Shown here: positions 32,194 through 45,359 of the stretch, piece by piece
Layout of the letters: every line of letters begins with the position of its first letter
Position numbering within the stretch: position 1 is the stretch's first letter
DNA from: Planctomycetaceae bacterium
GTDB taxonomy: Bacteria; Planctomycetota; Planctomycetia; Planctomycetales; Planctomycetaceae
DNA length: 64,000 nucleotides
NCBI GenBank assembly: GCA_041398805.1
Contig: JAWKUC010000007.1
Span: 135,672 to 199,671 of the forward strand
Direction: 5' to 3'
Position numbers and translations under genes: made by a program
The notes under the pieces: model-generated
The model's input: only the letters and a program-made list of their open reading frames with translations
Databases searched by the model: none
What the model was told of the DNA's origin: nothing

Positions 32194-32841
32194 CACCTAT
32201 TAAAGGGTGCAAGGATCAGTCTGTGCGGTCATTTTCCATATGAATAGACAGGTTCAATAGCCTGTACCGATTGTATGGATGAATTTATTTTCCAGTCCAC
32301 CAGTTGATCGGACCAAGTTGTGAATGGTTAACCATCTCGTCATTCAGGTTGGAATTTTCGCCATGTTGGGTATTCTGTGAGGCATTTACGATGTTGGCGT
32401 AGATGCTTTTAACCACACCTGATGACATTCACCCGGGGGTTCGCCTTGGGGAATATGTTTAAGGGAACATATTCGTGAAAGTGAGAATGTTCCTTTTTTA
32501 TTGTACCTGCATTTTTTCACAGGTTCTGTCAGAGTCAAGCTCATAAGACCTCCGCAGGAGATAACCAGCGGCCAATCAGAGACAACACCTGATTTAATTA
32601 TACAAAAATACAAACTGGAGAAATGGGCCCAGGGTGAGCCCCTGAACCTGACCATCCAGTTAGAGACTAAAGTAATTTTGGTAACAGAGCTCTTCAGCTC
32701 ACCTCGAAGAACGAATGCATCACGCAGCATGATTCAGGTGAGCCGGAAATCCTTCTTTTAATACAAGATCGAATTGGACAGGAGAATGCTCCTGTGTAGG
32801 TCGACCACTCAGACAAGGTTCCACTCACTTTAGGGAAATGG

Positions 32842-34173
32842 ATGAACGGCAGAAATCCTGAGAATTGTGAATGCAATTCATCGTGACAAAAGGGATCGAT
32901 CCAGAGATCGTCGCTGAGGAATCGAACGGGCGATCCTGTCACCCGCATCAACATTACGGCGAGGGATCGGAACTGGTCGTCACTATCGATCGCGTCACCG
33001 GTGACCCCACCATGACAATCGACGCCAAAGAAGTGGAACCCGATGTCATGGGTGACCTTCTGGGCCGCATTGCCGCTCAAACTGCCAAGCAGGTCATGAT
33101 CCAGAAGATTCGAGAAGCAGAACGCGACGCTCTCTTTGACGAATACATGGAAATGAAATGGCAACTTGTCACCGGGACAGTCTCCCGCGTGGATGGTGGC
33201 CGATCTGTTACGGTCAATCTCGGTAAAGTCGAAGGTATCCTTCCCCGCAGTGGAGATTCGGGCGAAGAGCACCGAAACGGCGAGCCTTTGACTATAATCC
33301 TGGAAGTTCGAAAAGTTGGCAACCGCGTGCGTATCGTCCTCTCTCGATCACACCGTGAAATGGTCCGTCGACTCTTTGAAGTTGAAATTCCGGAAATCGC
33401 CGAAAACGTAATTGAAGTTCGTTCGCTGGCACGCGAAGCGGGATTTATCGGTCAAAAGTCGCTGTCAGCTGTTTCGACACCAAAGTCGACGCTGTCGGAG
33501 CGTGCGTCGGTATCGGTATCGCGAAGGCGAATTTTATTAATATCGTTGACGAACTCCATGGTGAAAGGGTGATATCGTTCGCTGGAACGACTCGCTACAG
33601 GTTCTGGTACCGAACGCATTACAACCCGCTGATGTTCAGGACGTCATTCTCCGCCGATGCTGAAGCGAGAGTAATCGTACTGGTGCTGACGATCAACTTT
33701 CACTGACCATTGGCAAAAAGGGGCAGAATCGTTCAGACATCGTGAGTGGGGTGGGACATTCAGGTAATGACCCCAGGACATGCTGGACCAGCAACTCGAC
33801 GAGTCTGTCACTGGTTTTGTTCAGGCTCCGCATGTTAACGAAGAACTGGCCGAGAACCTGGTCGCGCAAGGGCTTTTTCACCTTTGAGCAGTCTTTCCAT
33901 CTATTGAGCCGGACCAACTTGCCGAGATGGGAGGTTTGACCGAAGAACAGTGTGACGAGATCATCGATTTCGCTGACATTGAAAGCGAAAGACTGACCAA
34001 CATGGATACCGGTTCAGCCAGCTATTGCGAATAAGAAGCGAAGCGACCAGACCCTGAAGGCGACACCGTGGAAGTTGGAAGAGAGCTACTTCCAGATGAC
34101 AATGAAGTATTGATGAAGAACAACCTGAAACAGCGAGGCAGAACCTGCCGAACCTGCTACTACAAGCAAATAG
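32842..34173 (+). CDS. nusA: Transcription termination factor NusA (many frameshifts)
   Basis: [68 protein letters not shown]. Confidence 0.92.
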
Positions 34174-34593
34174 AGGAATTGGACTCTGTAAAGAGAGTGT
34201 TCAAGTGAAAACGGAAGAAGCTGAGTCGGACAAACTCCGACTAAAAGAAGAAGCCTGAAACCTGAGCTAATGTCCAGTCTTCTTCTGTGCTCATTCACAA
34301 ACAAAGGAGCATCAGTAAATAAGAAACCCTGAAATTTATTCACCTGCTCAAAATCCAAAACTTTCTTCTTTAATCAATCTTCAAGTGCAATTAATCGTGT
34401 TCTGGCCATCACCGCAGGCCTGACAGTTCAGCACACCTTCGAACACAAACTTTCCATCAGATCTCATCCTGGAATTGATATTTAATCGCTTGAGAACCCG
34501 ATCATAAATGAAACTGTTACTGATAGTTTCCCCGGATCGGTTCTGGCATCAAGATTTTTAAACACCCGATTGGTTTATTCAGGGGATTGAACT

Positions 34594-37335
34594 TTGAAAG
34601 TTCGAATCTTCGCTTTGGCTAAAGAGCTGGGGCTGGACAGTAAAGATTTAATTGACCTGGCAAGTGAAGCAGGAGTGATTGTAAAGAACTCCGCTCTGGC
34701 CAGTATTTCGCCCGAGGAGCGCGACGTTATCGTTGCGCATGTGAACAGCAAATCAGGTTCACCCCGAGATGAACGCCGAAGAAACCGCTCGCTCCTGTTC
34801 GCCGAAAAGCCCTGATCCCGGATCCAAAATCCGTCAAATCCGCTCCATGGCTCCGCGTCCTCAGATTCGCTCACAGCAGCATGAGGAAACGATCGAAGAT
34901 CAGAGCTCAGCTGGAGGTACCAGCACCGCTGTTGATACTCGAGAGTCGCATTCAACAAAAGACGATGCAGACTCCGATCTTGACGTCACACAGAAAACGA
35001 CCGCGGATGTTGTTGACGACGATAGAACAGAATCTGCTGGATCAGCCGCAGGTACAGATCAATCCACAGATGCTGATAATGAAATTGAGTCGATCAGCCG
35101 TGACGATTTCTCACCTCAGGGAAATCAGGGCTCACTCCGTGAAATGCGACCACGTGGAAACGTGAGGAGGGAACCCGTAAAGGGAACGACCGACAAGAAT
35201 AAGCCAAAACTGCCTTACCGACATTGCTGCCTAAACCTAAGTTCGAGATTCCCAAGAAAACAGAGAACAAGGGAGAAGCAGCCGCTCAAAAACCAGACGT
35301 CAAGTTAACACCTGACTTGCTGGCTGGTCAGAGTCCGCTCGCATCACACCTCCAGAAATCGATTGAACAACGGGGGCGAAAAGGCCATAAAGGCGAAGAG
35401 CCTCAGGAACGGGATGAAGTCCGTAAATCAGCCAAGGAAGAACAATCGCTGAAACGCGATCGACGTCGTGGTAGTAAACGGCTTATGGACGAGGTGGAGG
35501 GCGAGCAGAGCTGCAAAATCTTCCCATCGACGTTTCCGCAAACGTGTTCAAAAAGATATTGTCCGAAAGACATCCATGATGATTGAACCTCCAATTACGG
35601 TACGAACGCTATCAGGGCTTTGATTGGATTCCCCCTCCAAAGACATCATCAAAAATTCTCTGAATCAGGGAAATATGGTGAATATTAATGATGGCCTCTC
35701 TGTAGAAGAAGCTCTTGAGATCTCCCTGGAATTAGGGTCGAACTGGAAATCAAACGACAGGAGACTGCAGAAGATCGATTATCTCAATCTGTCGAAGTAG
35801 AAGAAGCTGCAGAAAACCTCGAAACACGACCTCCGATCGTTACCATTCTGGGTCACGTCGACCATGGTAAAACATCCTTACTTGATAAAATCCGTGAGGC
35901 GAATGTTACCTCAGGCGAAGCGGGTGGAATCACCCAGCATATCGCTGCTTATCAAGTCGATCATAACGATCACAAAATCACTTTCGTCGATACACCGGGT
36001 CACGCCGCCTTTGGTGAAATGCGTGCTCGTGGTGCGAACGTAACGGACATTATCGTACTGGTGGTCGCCGCTGATGACGGTGTGATGCCTCAAACCAAAG
36101 AGTGTATCAGTCACGCCAAATCGAGTGGTGCTCCGATCATCGTCGCTATGAACAAGTGCGACCTCCCCGATGCAGACGAGCAGAAAGTCCTGCAGGATCT
36201 CGCAGCTAACGAAATTCTGCCCGCCGAGTGGGGGGGTGAAATCGAAGTCATTCGCACCTCAGCCATGACTGGTCAGGGTATCGATGATCTTCTCGAAACA
36301 ATCCTGCTGACAGCCGAGTTACATGAATACAAAGCCAATCCAGAGCGTGACGCTGTGGGTGTCTGCCTGGAAGCCTTCCGCGATGAAGGTCGCGGGGTCA
36401 TGTCCTGGTTCATCGTACAGAAAGGAACACTTCGTGTTGGCGATGTTGTTCTCTGTGGCGAGTCCTATGGACGTGTCCGTGCTCTGTATAACGATCGCAA
36501 CGAAGAGTTGCAGGAGGCTCCTCCCTCAATGCCGGTTAAAGTCGCCGGTATGGACGAAGTCCCCGGAGCAGGGGAGTTCTTCTTCGTCGTTCCCGAGATC
36601 GACGAAGCACGCCAGATCGCCGATTCAAGGCGTCACCGCGACCGAGCTGAAGTTCTGGCAAAGCGCCGTAAATCGATCAGCCTGGACGATCTGCTCTCCG
36701 CAGCTCGCAAAGGTTCGATCTCTGACCTGCCTCTGATTGTTAAAGCAGATGCCCCAGGTTCGCTGGAAGCCATTCGCTCTGAACTCGCCAAACTGGAACA
36801 CCCGGAAGTCCGCGTGCAGATCATCCACGAAGGTGTCGGTGGGGTTAACGAGAGCGACGTCTACCTCGCCAGTGCATCGGGGGCCATTATCGTGGCCTTC
36901 CACGTGATTGCTGAAGATCGGGCAGAACTACTGGCCGAGCAGGAAGGGGTCGATATCCGCCGCTTCCGCATCATTTACGAACTGACCGAGACGATTAAAC
37001 GCTCTCTGGAAGGGTTGCTTGAACCGGAAGAAAAAGAAGTGGCAACAGGTCGAGCACTTGTCCTCCGAGCCTTCAGCTTCAGCAAAGTGGGTAAAATTGC
37101 CGGATGTCGCGTACTGAATGGAACCATTGACCGTAACAATCGTATTCACGTTATTCGCGATCAAACGGTGATCAATAACTACTCCATTGCTTCATTGAGA
37201 CGTGAAAAGGATGACGTCAAGGAAGTTCGTGAGGGGATGGAATGCGGTATTCGTCTGGATGGCTTCAACGACGTCAAAGAGGGAGACCTGCTGGAAGCAT
37301 ATCGCATCGAAACGATCAAACGAACCCTGGATTAA
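34594..37335 (+). CDS. infB: Translation initiation factor IF-2 (N-terminal half frameshifted)
   Basis: [54 protein letters not shown]. Confidence 0.96.
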
Positions 37336-37464
37336 TTAACACTCACGAACACATCCTCACTTCACTCAGTCTGTAATTTCCATCTTTCAACTTGCGACTT
37401 GCAGAGCTGCAAAATGAATGTGAAATGGACTCATCCTTTCCTCTCAGGAAACTTCTCATAGAAC

Positions 37465-37860
37465 ATGACTTCACGTCGTCTGGAAAAACTGGCACAAGCG
37501 ATTAAGGAGCAGGTCAGCACGACCATCCTGCTGCACCTGCGCGATCCTCGCGTCAAAAATGTGACCGTTACCGGCGTCGAGGTAGCCCCTGATGTCCGGT
37601 CAGCCAAAGTCTATGTTTCGATCATGGGATCAGAGAAAGAACAGTCACTCTGCCTGCATGGACTCGAATCAGCCAGAGGCTTCCTGCAATCGAAGGTCGG
37701 AGACCGGATCCAGACCCGGTACACCCCGATCCTCAGTTTCGTACTGGATGACGGAATCAAGAAAAGCTTCGAAGCGGCTCGAATTATGAGCGAGATGGAA
37801 ATGGAGGAGTCGGCCAACAAGTCCCCGGATGAGACTGGCGATCAGGAACTGGAAGACTAG
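37465..37860 (+). CDS. rbfA: Ribosome-binding factor A
   Basis: LRDPRVK.VTVT.VEV..D...AKVY, A.GFLQ, RYTP.L.F..D; follows infB. Confidence 0.95.
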   Translation: MTSRRLEKLAQAIKEQVSTTILLHLRDPRVKNVTVTGVEVAPDVRSAKVYVSIMGSEKEQSLCLHGLESARGFLQSKVGDRIQTRYTPILSFVLDDGIKKSFEAARIMSEMEMEESANKSPDETGDQELED

Positions 37861-38090
37861 AATTGACGGAGAATTGCTGCACTTATTTCAATTTAATTCA
37901 CCCCCAACCTATAGTTCAGTGTGGGTTATTTTCCCTGAGTGGAATCAAACCTGTTAATTCACTGAAGCCAACTTCAGAATCCAGCTCCACTTGTTAAGGG
38001 TTTTTTGAAGTAGTCTAATTTCAATTTGCTGGGTCTCCAACTCAGGGGCCTGTTCACCGAGATCACACCTTTCAGATAACGATAACAGAT

Positions 38091-39026
38091 ATGGCTGCTG
38101 AACCCTCATTGAAAGCTACACAAACAGGCCATCAGTAAAAGTTGATTCCATTGCTTAAAAGCAATATGGAACTTCTATACCGAAACTTGACCTTGCTCCG
38201 TACTTGAAACAATCCTGTTTGCCATCTGCCCGGGAAAACAATACTGTTGAAGCAGCTCAGGAATTATTCGAACGACTCAAGAACTCGTTTTGTGATTTAA
38301 ACGAGATGCGGGTCAGCTCCATCACAGAACTCGTCGAGGTTATTGGTGATGACCGACATTGAATATCGTGCCCTGCGAATCCGCTCAGTATTGCAGCACG
38401 TGTTCGAAACCACCTTCAGCTATGATCTGAGCAGTTCACACGGAAGACTCAGGACCAGGCTCAAAGTTCCTGAATAAGATCCCACATCTTTCACACTTCG
38501 TAGGCCAGTACACTCTATTGCAGGTTCTTTCTGCACATGTAGTTCCCGCTGATCAGAACATCGGTTAGCAACCTGGTTCGGATTTACCTCTGCTGATTCT
38601 GGTGAAGACAAAGCCTCTGACTCACTCAAATCATCCGTTCGCAAAAGCGAAGCCCAGGCATTTTTCTATCTGCTGCGATCCGCCTCCTGCGACGAAAAGT
38701 ACATGAAGAAGATCGTCAAAGAGATCGAGACCTCTGATGGTGAGCACTTTGATCTCATGGATGCACATACTCGGTATACCAATCTGCTGGCAGGCAAGCC
38801 GACCCGGAAAAAAGTAGCGGCAAAAACCAAAGCAGCGCGCACAGCTAAAACGACCACGAAGAAAGCAACCACCAAGAAGAAAACGGCCAAGAAAACCGTT
38901 AAAAAAGCAGTCCCGAAAAAAGCCACCACGAAAGCAGCCAAGAAAAAAACCGCTCCCAAGCAGGTCAAAAAGAAAGTCGTGAAAGCCGCCAAGAAGACCG
39001 CGACGACCAAAAAGAAGAAAAAATAG
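38091..39026 (+). CDS. Helical (HhH-GPD-like) domain protein with a histone-H1-like Lys/Ala/Thr tail (frameshifted)
   Basis: Fragments VLETILFAIC, F.RL...F.DLNEMRVSSITEL and RALRIRSVLQHVFE lie in upstream frames; about 75-aa KKxA-rich tail. Confidence 0.65.
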
Positions 39027-39397
39027 AGAACTCTTAAACTCTCAGAACGAACGACGTCTTCTTATCGGTCACAAAATCCGCATGATTACATATCGGTCAG
39101 AGTGCTGAAAACGACCGGATCACCTGTTTAAAAAACGGTATCTTAAAACAGAGACGACTCCAGAATAAGAATGTCCGTCTTCTGAAACTGTCGCTGAGAG
39201 ACTAATAGACTCCCTTTTCGGCTTGGCTCGACATTACCCGGCGACATACAATCGATGGTGAGTTACCGTACTCTCCTGTCGATGTCCCCAGTGGTGGATT
39301 CAATTTCCATCACTGTTTCATTCCCAGGTTCTCATTCCTACCCAGGCCTGTCGACATTCGAATCGAATCCTCAGGTTCCTATTTACTCTGGTGTTTT

Positions 39398-41650
39398 ATG
39401 ATGAGTCACTCTAAGAGCCGTTCATTTCTTCTGCTCAATCGCTCGTTCTGCTGTGGCCTGATCTTAGCCGCATATCTGCTCACGACAGCCTTTTCTTCGC
39501 TGTCTGCAGACGACCCCAAAGTCTCTGAACCAGCAGAAGAAAAAACACCTCTCGAAAAATACATCGAAGAGCAGCAAAACAGGCCGATCATTCTCGATGA
39601 GATAAAAATTCCTGACCTCAAAGTAAGTCCGAGTGAACAGGACAACAATAAGAAGGAAGCCCTGGCTCACTTTCTAACGGCTCGAATTCTGTTCAACCGG
39701 AATGCCCACCAGCAGGCACTGACCGAACTGCAGAAAGCAGCCGATCTCTCACCAGGGTCAAGCGAGATTTACGAATTACTGATCCCGTTGGCGATTGGTT
39801 TGAATCAATCAGCCCTGGTTGAAAAATATGTCTCGAAAGCGGAGAGTTCCGATCCGGATAATTACCAGCTCCTCGTCCGGGTTGGTCGTTATATGCAACA
39901 ACAGAACCGCATCGATGAAGCCATCCGACTTTAAAACGAGCTACAGAATCTTCACGACTTGATCATAAGTCGGGTGAATATGTGCTGTTCCAGTTTGAGT
40001 TAGGCATTTGCTTACCCTCTACCCAGCAACATGCTGAAGCCGCAAATTCATATGAAGTCGTCTTCAATGCGATTCTGCATCCAGAGGAGTACGCGCTGAA
40101 TGCGCAGATTCAATCTCGTTTGATGTCTGACCGTTCGCAATCAATGGAGCGCATTGGGCGAGCATTTCTGGACGGAGAACGTCTTGATCTGGCAGAACAG
40201 GCATCTGAAGCCGCTTCCAAATTCGGCACAGGCAAACCCGCACTCCTTGGTTTCAACCTGGCTTGCTTACCTGAAAAAGGGGAATACGAAAAAGGCTCGA
40301 ACAATCTGCAGGCGTATTTCGACGCCCGCTTACAGAACAAAGGGCGAGAGGCATATGAGCTTCTTAAAGAGTTTCTCGTAAAACTGAACCGGACAGACGA
40401 ACTCATTCCCCGTCTCGAAAACTGGCTGAAAATGATCCTCGCAATTCAAAATTAAAATACTTTCTCGCCGAGCAGTACATCGAACAGAACAAGCTGGACG
40501 AAGCCGAATCTCTGGTCAAATCGACCCTGGAAAATCGTGGCGATCCGGAAGGCCTCGTCAGCCTGGCCGAAATTTATTTTCGCAGACGGGAAGCAGAGCA
40601 ACTGCTGGACAGCATGAGCACGCCTTCAAAAGTCAGCAGAATGTGGAAGCATTACAGGACTTGATGAATCGGATTGAACAGGATCCTGAACTGACCACCT
40701 CACTCCTGGATGTTGCAGTGACCCGGCTGGAGGACGATCTGGGTTTCGAAGGAGCGCTCTTAATGGCCAAACTGGCAGAGACCGCGAAACGAACCGATCT
40801 GGTTTCACGCTTCTATCCCTACACGCTTACCAAGCGAGGAGATCGGGCTTTCCCACTCTATCAGTCCTGGGGCGAGTACCTGATGAAAGTCGAGGAGTAT
40901 GAGAAGGCTATCGAAGTCTGGAAAGCGGCCATCAAGGAAGTTCGGCTCAACAGCTACCGCCATATTTTTCTTTCGCGACTGGCCGATGCCCAGGTAGAAA
41001 TAGAACAGTTTGATGATGCCTTACAGGCCGTCAAGCAGGCACGTGCACTGAATGACTCAGATCAACTCCATTTCCAGGAAGCGTGGATTCACTATCGGGC
41101 TCATCAGGATGACGAGGCAATTGCACTCTTTGAAGAATTTCGTGTCAAAGAGGGGACAATCCCCACTTTGAATCGTTCTGCACATCTGTTGCTTTCAAAC
41201 CTTTATGTTCAGAAAGGGGATGTCGCGAATGGAGAAAAGGTTCTCGAAGACCTGATCAAGTTCGATCCCGAAAATCCGACCGTCAACAATGACCTCGGAT
41301 ATCTCTACGCCGACCAGGGTAAGAACCTGGAAGATGCCGAGAAAATGATTCGCAAGGCTGTGGCTGCGGAACCAGAGAATGCAGCCTATCTGGATAGTCT
41401 CGGTTGGGTACTCTTCAAATTAGGGAAATATGAGGAAGCAATCACCCACCTGGAAAAAGCGATTGGAATTCTGGAAGAGGGCGACCCCACAATCTGGAAC
41501 CATCTGGGCGAATGTTATCACGCCTTGAACAAAGAGGAAGAAGCCCAGAAAGCCTGGAATACCGCACTGACAAACGAAAAAGCCTCTGAAAAACCAAATC
41601 AGAAACTGATTGAGGAACTGGAAGCCAAACTCTCTAAAGAAAATGAGTGA
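39398..41650 (+). CDS. Exported TPR-repeat protein (frameshifted)
   Basis: Signal peptide; many TPRs; C-terminal NNDLGYLYAD...AYLDSLGW. Confidence 0.85.
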
Positions 41651-41798
41651 GCGACCTTCAGGGAAGACTGGACAGAACCCCTCAGATTGTGGATAAGAAA
41701 CCAGGCAGAGGGAGTTCCCCTTTGTCACTTTTGACATGCATGTAAATTCAGCTGAAAGATGTTCACAGCTGGAATAAACCCCTTAAGAAGGTATAGAA

Positions 41799-42554
41799 AT
41801 GGCAGGACATTCCCATTGGGCGAATATCGCCGCGAAGAAGGGCGTGGCTGATAAAAAAAGAGGTAAGCTCTTCGGCAAATTAAGCCGTGCGATTATTGTT
41901 GCCGCTCAAGGGGGTGGTGGAGACCCTACGACAAACCTTCGGCTGCGCTATGCGATTGATAAAGCCAAAAAAGCAAGTATGCCGAAAGACAACATCGACC
42001 GCGCCGTCAAAAAAGGGTGTGGCGAAGGGGGCTCTGAACATTACGAAGAATTGCTCTATGAGGGTTACGGAGCAGCCGGTGTGGCCGTTTTGTGTGACAT
42101 TCTGACCGAGAATCGAAACCGCACCGCCAGCGAGGTCCGTAAGATTTTCGAAGTCCATAACGGCAACCTGGGTGCTACCGGTTGCGTCGCCTGGATGTTC
42201 GAACGCAAAGGGCTCTTCCTGGTTCCAGCTGAGGGAAATACCGAAGAAGCACTCTTTGAAATTGCGGTCGAAGCAGGTGCCGAAGATGTCCGCGATTCGG
42301 GTGACTCTTTTGAAATCCTGTGTGATCCCGATGCATTCGACGCTGTCAATCAGTCACTCGAAGAGCAGGGGATCGAAACCACCATGGCCGAAATCACCCG
42401 CGTAGCGGCCAACACAGTGGAGCTCGATGCGACAGATGGAATGAAAGTCCTCAAACTGATCGAAGCGCTGGAAGATCAGGATGACATTCAGAATGTGACG
42501 GCTAATTTCAATATCTCTGATGAGATCATGGAAGAGCTGGCGGAATCGATGTAA
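41799..42554 (+). CDS. yebC: YebC/PmpR family protein
   Basis: MAGHSHWANI..KK...D.KRGK.F, YEGYG, T.N.NRT, W.FERKG. Confidence 0.96.
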   Translation: MAGHSHWANIAAKKGVADKKRGKLFGKLSRAIIVAAQGGGGDPTTNLRLRYAIDKAKKASMPKDNIDRAVKKGCGEGGSEHYEELLYEGYGAAGVAVLCDILTENRNRTASEVRKIFEVHNGNLGATGCVAWMFERKGLFLVPAEGNTEEALFEIAVEAGAEDVRDSGDSFEILCDPDAFDAVNQSLEEQGIETTMAEITRVAANTVELDATDGMKVLKLIEALEDQDDIQNVTANFNISDEIMEELAESM

Positions 42555-42771
42555 TTCACAATCCAGGTGGCTGGGTTTCATCGACCGGGGGCTCTTTTTC
42601 CCCAAGATCTGATGTCGCGGAACGAATGAAGTTCTATTCCACCTGTATGGACTCGTTAGCGCATTCTGTTACACTGTACATAATACACGCGTTTGGACAT
42701 CAATTTCTGTTGAATGAAATGCCGAACAGGATGGAGTCCTCCCCTGAAGAGACTTGCTGAAACGTAGTACT

Positions 42772-43349
42772 ATGCCAATTGAATTTCGCTGCGGACAATG
42801 CCACAAACTTCTTAGAACAAATGAGGATAAAGCGGGCCTCGCTGCCCAGTGCCCGGGATGCGGTGCTGATGTAGTGGTACCGGACTTACCAGAGCAACCT
42901 TTCTCCGATGGCTCGATGGATGAACTCGAAATCGATTTCGAGGAGAATCCTTCCAGCCGAAGACGCAAAAAATGCCCGATGTGCGGGCAACAGGTGCAGC
43001 CTGGAGCCGATCGTTGCCGTAATTGTGGCGAGTTACTCGAAACTGAAGATCAGGGTTGGTATTCACCCACAAAGAGTAACGCTGACCTGAAACCCCACCG
43101 GGGTGTGGTGCCGATGGTCATCTCGATTCTCAGCTGGTTCTTCTTCTGCTTTCTTCTGGCCATTCCCTGTCTGGATTCTGGGCTGATCAGGATCTGAAGA
43201 GTATGCAGGCAGGAGTCATGGACTCAAGGAGAGGGTCTGACCCGTGGTGCGAAGATTATTGCGATTTGTAATGTCGCTTTGGTGTAGGTTTTATGTTTGT
43301 GGCCTTTTGTTGTCTCGGTGTGATCGGTTCAGCAGTTCAACCTCGATAA
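42772..43349 (+). CDS. Double Zn-ribbon membrane protein, DUF4190-like C-terminus (frameshifted)
   Basis: MPIEFRCGQC...CPGCG; CPMCG...CRNCGE; KPHRG then TM segments. Confidence 0.7.
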
Positions 43350-43644
43350 AACTTCATGCATGAGAATTAGAACCGATTCTGATACCCGGTGGGGGTTGTT
43401 TTGAAGCTGCAAATAAAGGCTCACTATGACGCATCAGAATGTGCACCATCAGAGGTTTCAGGACCACATATAATAGAAACTGGCTGGAAGTGACGACAAT
43501 CCTGATCCTCCCCCAACCCCAACTGGACAGAATGAAGGGCCGCTCGTTAAATTGAAGAGGACCTTCTCGGTAGGATAGGGCGAGTTGGAAGCTTCCCCGA
43601 AGTAGAGAATCCTCCTGAAAAAGTTTTGAAACTGTTTTCAAGGA

Positions 43645-44739
43645 ATGAAAACACTGATGGCTCGAGAACGAATCATACAGAATTCTGCAGATCCCCCCCT
43701 CACTCAGGATGTATCAAACCATGGGGAGGGAACAGAAAGAGTGGAGATGGAGAACCAGGACTTCCATAGCGACAGCCTCCGCTACGATGACGACCTGCGT
43801 CCGCAATATCTCAAAGATGTCGTCGGTCAGAGAAAAGTCGTCGAACGCATCAAGATCATGATCGATGCCACCCGGCGGCGTCAGGAACCTCTTGGGCACC
43901 TCTTACTCGATGGCCCTCCCGGTCTGGGTAAAACGACGCTGGCAACTGTTATCCCGAGAGAATTGGGAACGGAACTGCAAATCACCTCCGGCCCCTCGCT
44001 CTCCGCACCCAAAGATCTGCTTCCATTTCTGACCAATGCGAGTCACGGTTCGATTCTATTCATCGATGAAATCCACCGGATGCCGCCTGCTGTGGAAGAA
44101 TTCATCTATCCGGCCATGGAAGACTATCGTGTCGACATCACGCTGGGTGATGGACTCAACGCGCGTACGCTCAACATGAGTCTGCAGAAGTTCTGTGTCA
44201 TCGGTGCAACGACTCGTAGTGGCATGCTGACAGCCCCCCTCCGAGATCGGTTCGTCAATCGGGAACATCTCGATTTCTATGAAGAACCCGATCTTACAGA
44301 AATCATCGTTCGCAACGCCCGCAAGTTAAACACCACAATCACTTCAGACGCGGCCGGTCTGATCGCGATCCGCAGCCGGGGAACACCACGTAAGGCAAAC
44401 AATCTGCTCCACTGGATTCGTGACTACGCCGCAGTGAAATCAAACACAGGCGAGATCACCCTGCAACTGGCTAATGATGCGATTGGTATGCAGGAGATCG
44501 ATCATCTGGGACTGGAAGAGCAGGATCGGCGTTATCTGAACACCCTGTATGAAGTCTTCGCGGGTGGGCCGGCAGGGCTCACGGCCATTGCACATACGAT
44601 GGATGTTCCACCCGATACTCTGGAGGATGAAGTCGAACCCTTCCTGCTGCGAAGTGGTTTGATCAAACGGACTCCACGTGGCCGCATGCTGACGCCCAAA
44701 ACTTACAATCATCTGCAACTTGAACCACCCGCCGCTTAA
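43645..44739 (+). CDS. ruvB: Holliday junction branch-migration helicase RuvB
   Basis: [46 protein letters not shown]. Confidence 0.98.
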   Translation: MKTLMARERIIQNSADPPLTQDVSNHGEGTERVEMENQDFHSDSLRYDDDLRPQYLKDVVGQRKVVERIKIMIDATRRRQEPLGHLLLDGPPGLGKTTLATVIPRELGTELQITSGPSLSAPKDLLPFLTNASHGSILFIDEIHRMPPAVEEFIYPAMEDYRVDITLGDGLNARTLNMSLQKFCVIGATTRSGMLTAPLRDRFVNREHLDFYEEPDLTEIIVRNARKLNTTITSDAAGLIAIRSRGTPRKANNLLHWIRDYAAVKSNTGEITLQLANDAIGMQEIDHLGLEEQDRRYLNTLYEVFAGGPAGLTAIAHTMDVPPDTLEDEVEPFLLRSGLIKRTPRGRMLTPKTYNHLQLEPPAA

Positions 44740-44756
44740 TATTCATAGCCATAAAA

Positions 44757-44794
44757 AAGCGAGGAAGGGCTGACATACAGCCTCTTCCTCGCTT
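44757..44794. terminator. Terminator between convergent ruvB and tpx
   Basis: AAGCGAGGAAG-GGCTG...CAGCC-t-CTTCCTCGCTT with a flanking A run. Confidence 0.75.
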
Positions 44795-44843
44795 AAGTTT
44801 GTTCAGTTGTAATGTCGCTCTGGAAGCAATCTCACCCTGAGAT

Positions 44844-45359
44844 CTACTTGGCAGCAGCCAGAGCAGCATCGTAGTTCGGATGCTCTGAAATCTCGGAGAC
44901 GTATTCGACATGGGTCAGTTTGCCATCCCCATCAACGACGAAAATCGCACGGGCAAGACAGCGATTGAGCGGCCCACCAGTGATCAGCACTCCGTAATCT
45001 TCACCGAACTGAGTTGACTGGTGAGCACTCAGGGTGATCACATTTTCGGCGTTTTCAGCTCCACACCAGCGTTTCTGGCCGAAGGGAAGGTCCATGCTGA
45101 CAACCAGAATCTCGGCATTTTCGAGATTTGCGGCCTCATCATTGAATTTTTTGGTCTCCGCATGGCATACAGAGGTGTCTAATGAGGGAACCGTTGCAAT
45201 AATACGGGTCTTGCCGGCAGAAGAAGCCAGGGTCACCTCTTCCAAACCGTTATTCTGCAGTTTAAATTCAGGTGCTTTGTCACCCGATTGCAGTGCCTTG
45301 CCAGCCAGGTCTACGGGATTTCCTTTAAGGGTTACGGCACCAGTCCGAACATCTGACAT
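44844..45359 (-). CDS. tpx: Thiol peroxidase (Tpx)
   Basis: VTLKGNP, VPSLDTSVC, SMDLPF.Q.RWC, FG..YG, LARAIFV, HPNYD. Confidence 0.95.
   Translation of the reverse strand: MSDVRTGAVTLKGNPVDLAGKALQSGDKAPEFKLQNNGLEEVTLASSAGKTRIIATVPSLDTSVCHAETKKFNDEAANLENAEILVVSMDLPFGQKRWCGAENAENVITLSAHQSTQFGEDYGVLITGGPLNRCLARAIFVVDGDGKLTHVEYVSEISEHPNYDAALAAAK

Noticed and set aside
32842-36018. Programmed frameshifting or pseudogenisation of nusA and infB
   Set aside because: Too many indels at unrelated sites in essential genes; assembly error is simpler.
42673-42690. SOS-box-like CTGTACATAATACAC upstream of the ruvB region
   Set aside because: Does not fit CTG-N10-CAG, and no matching copy lies upstream of recA.
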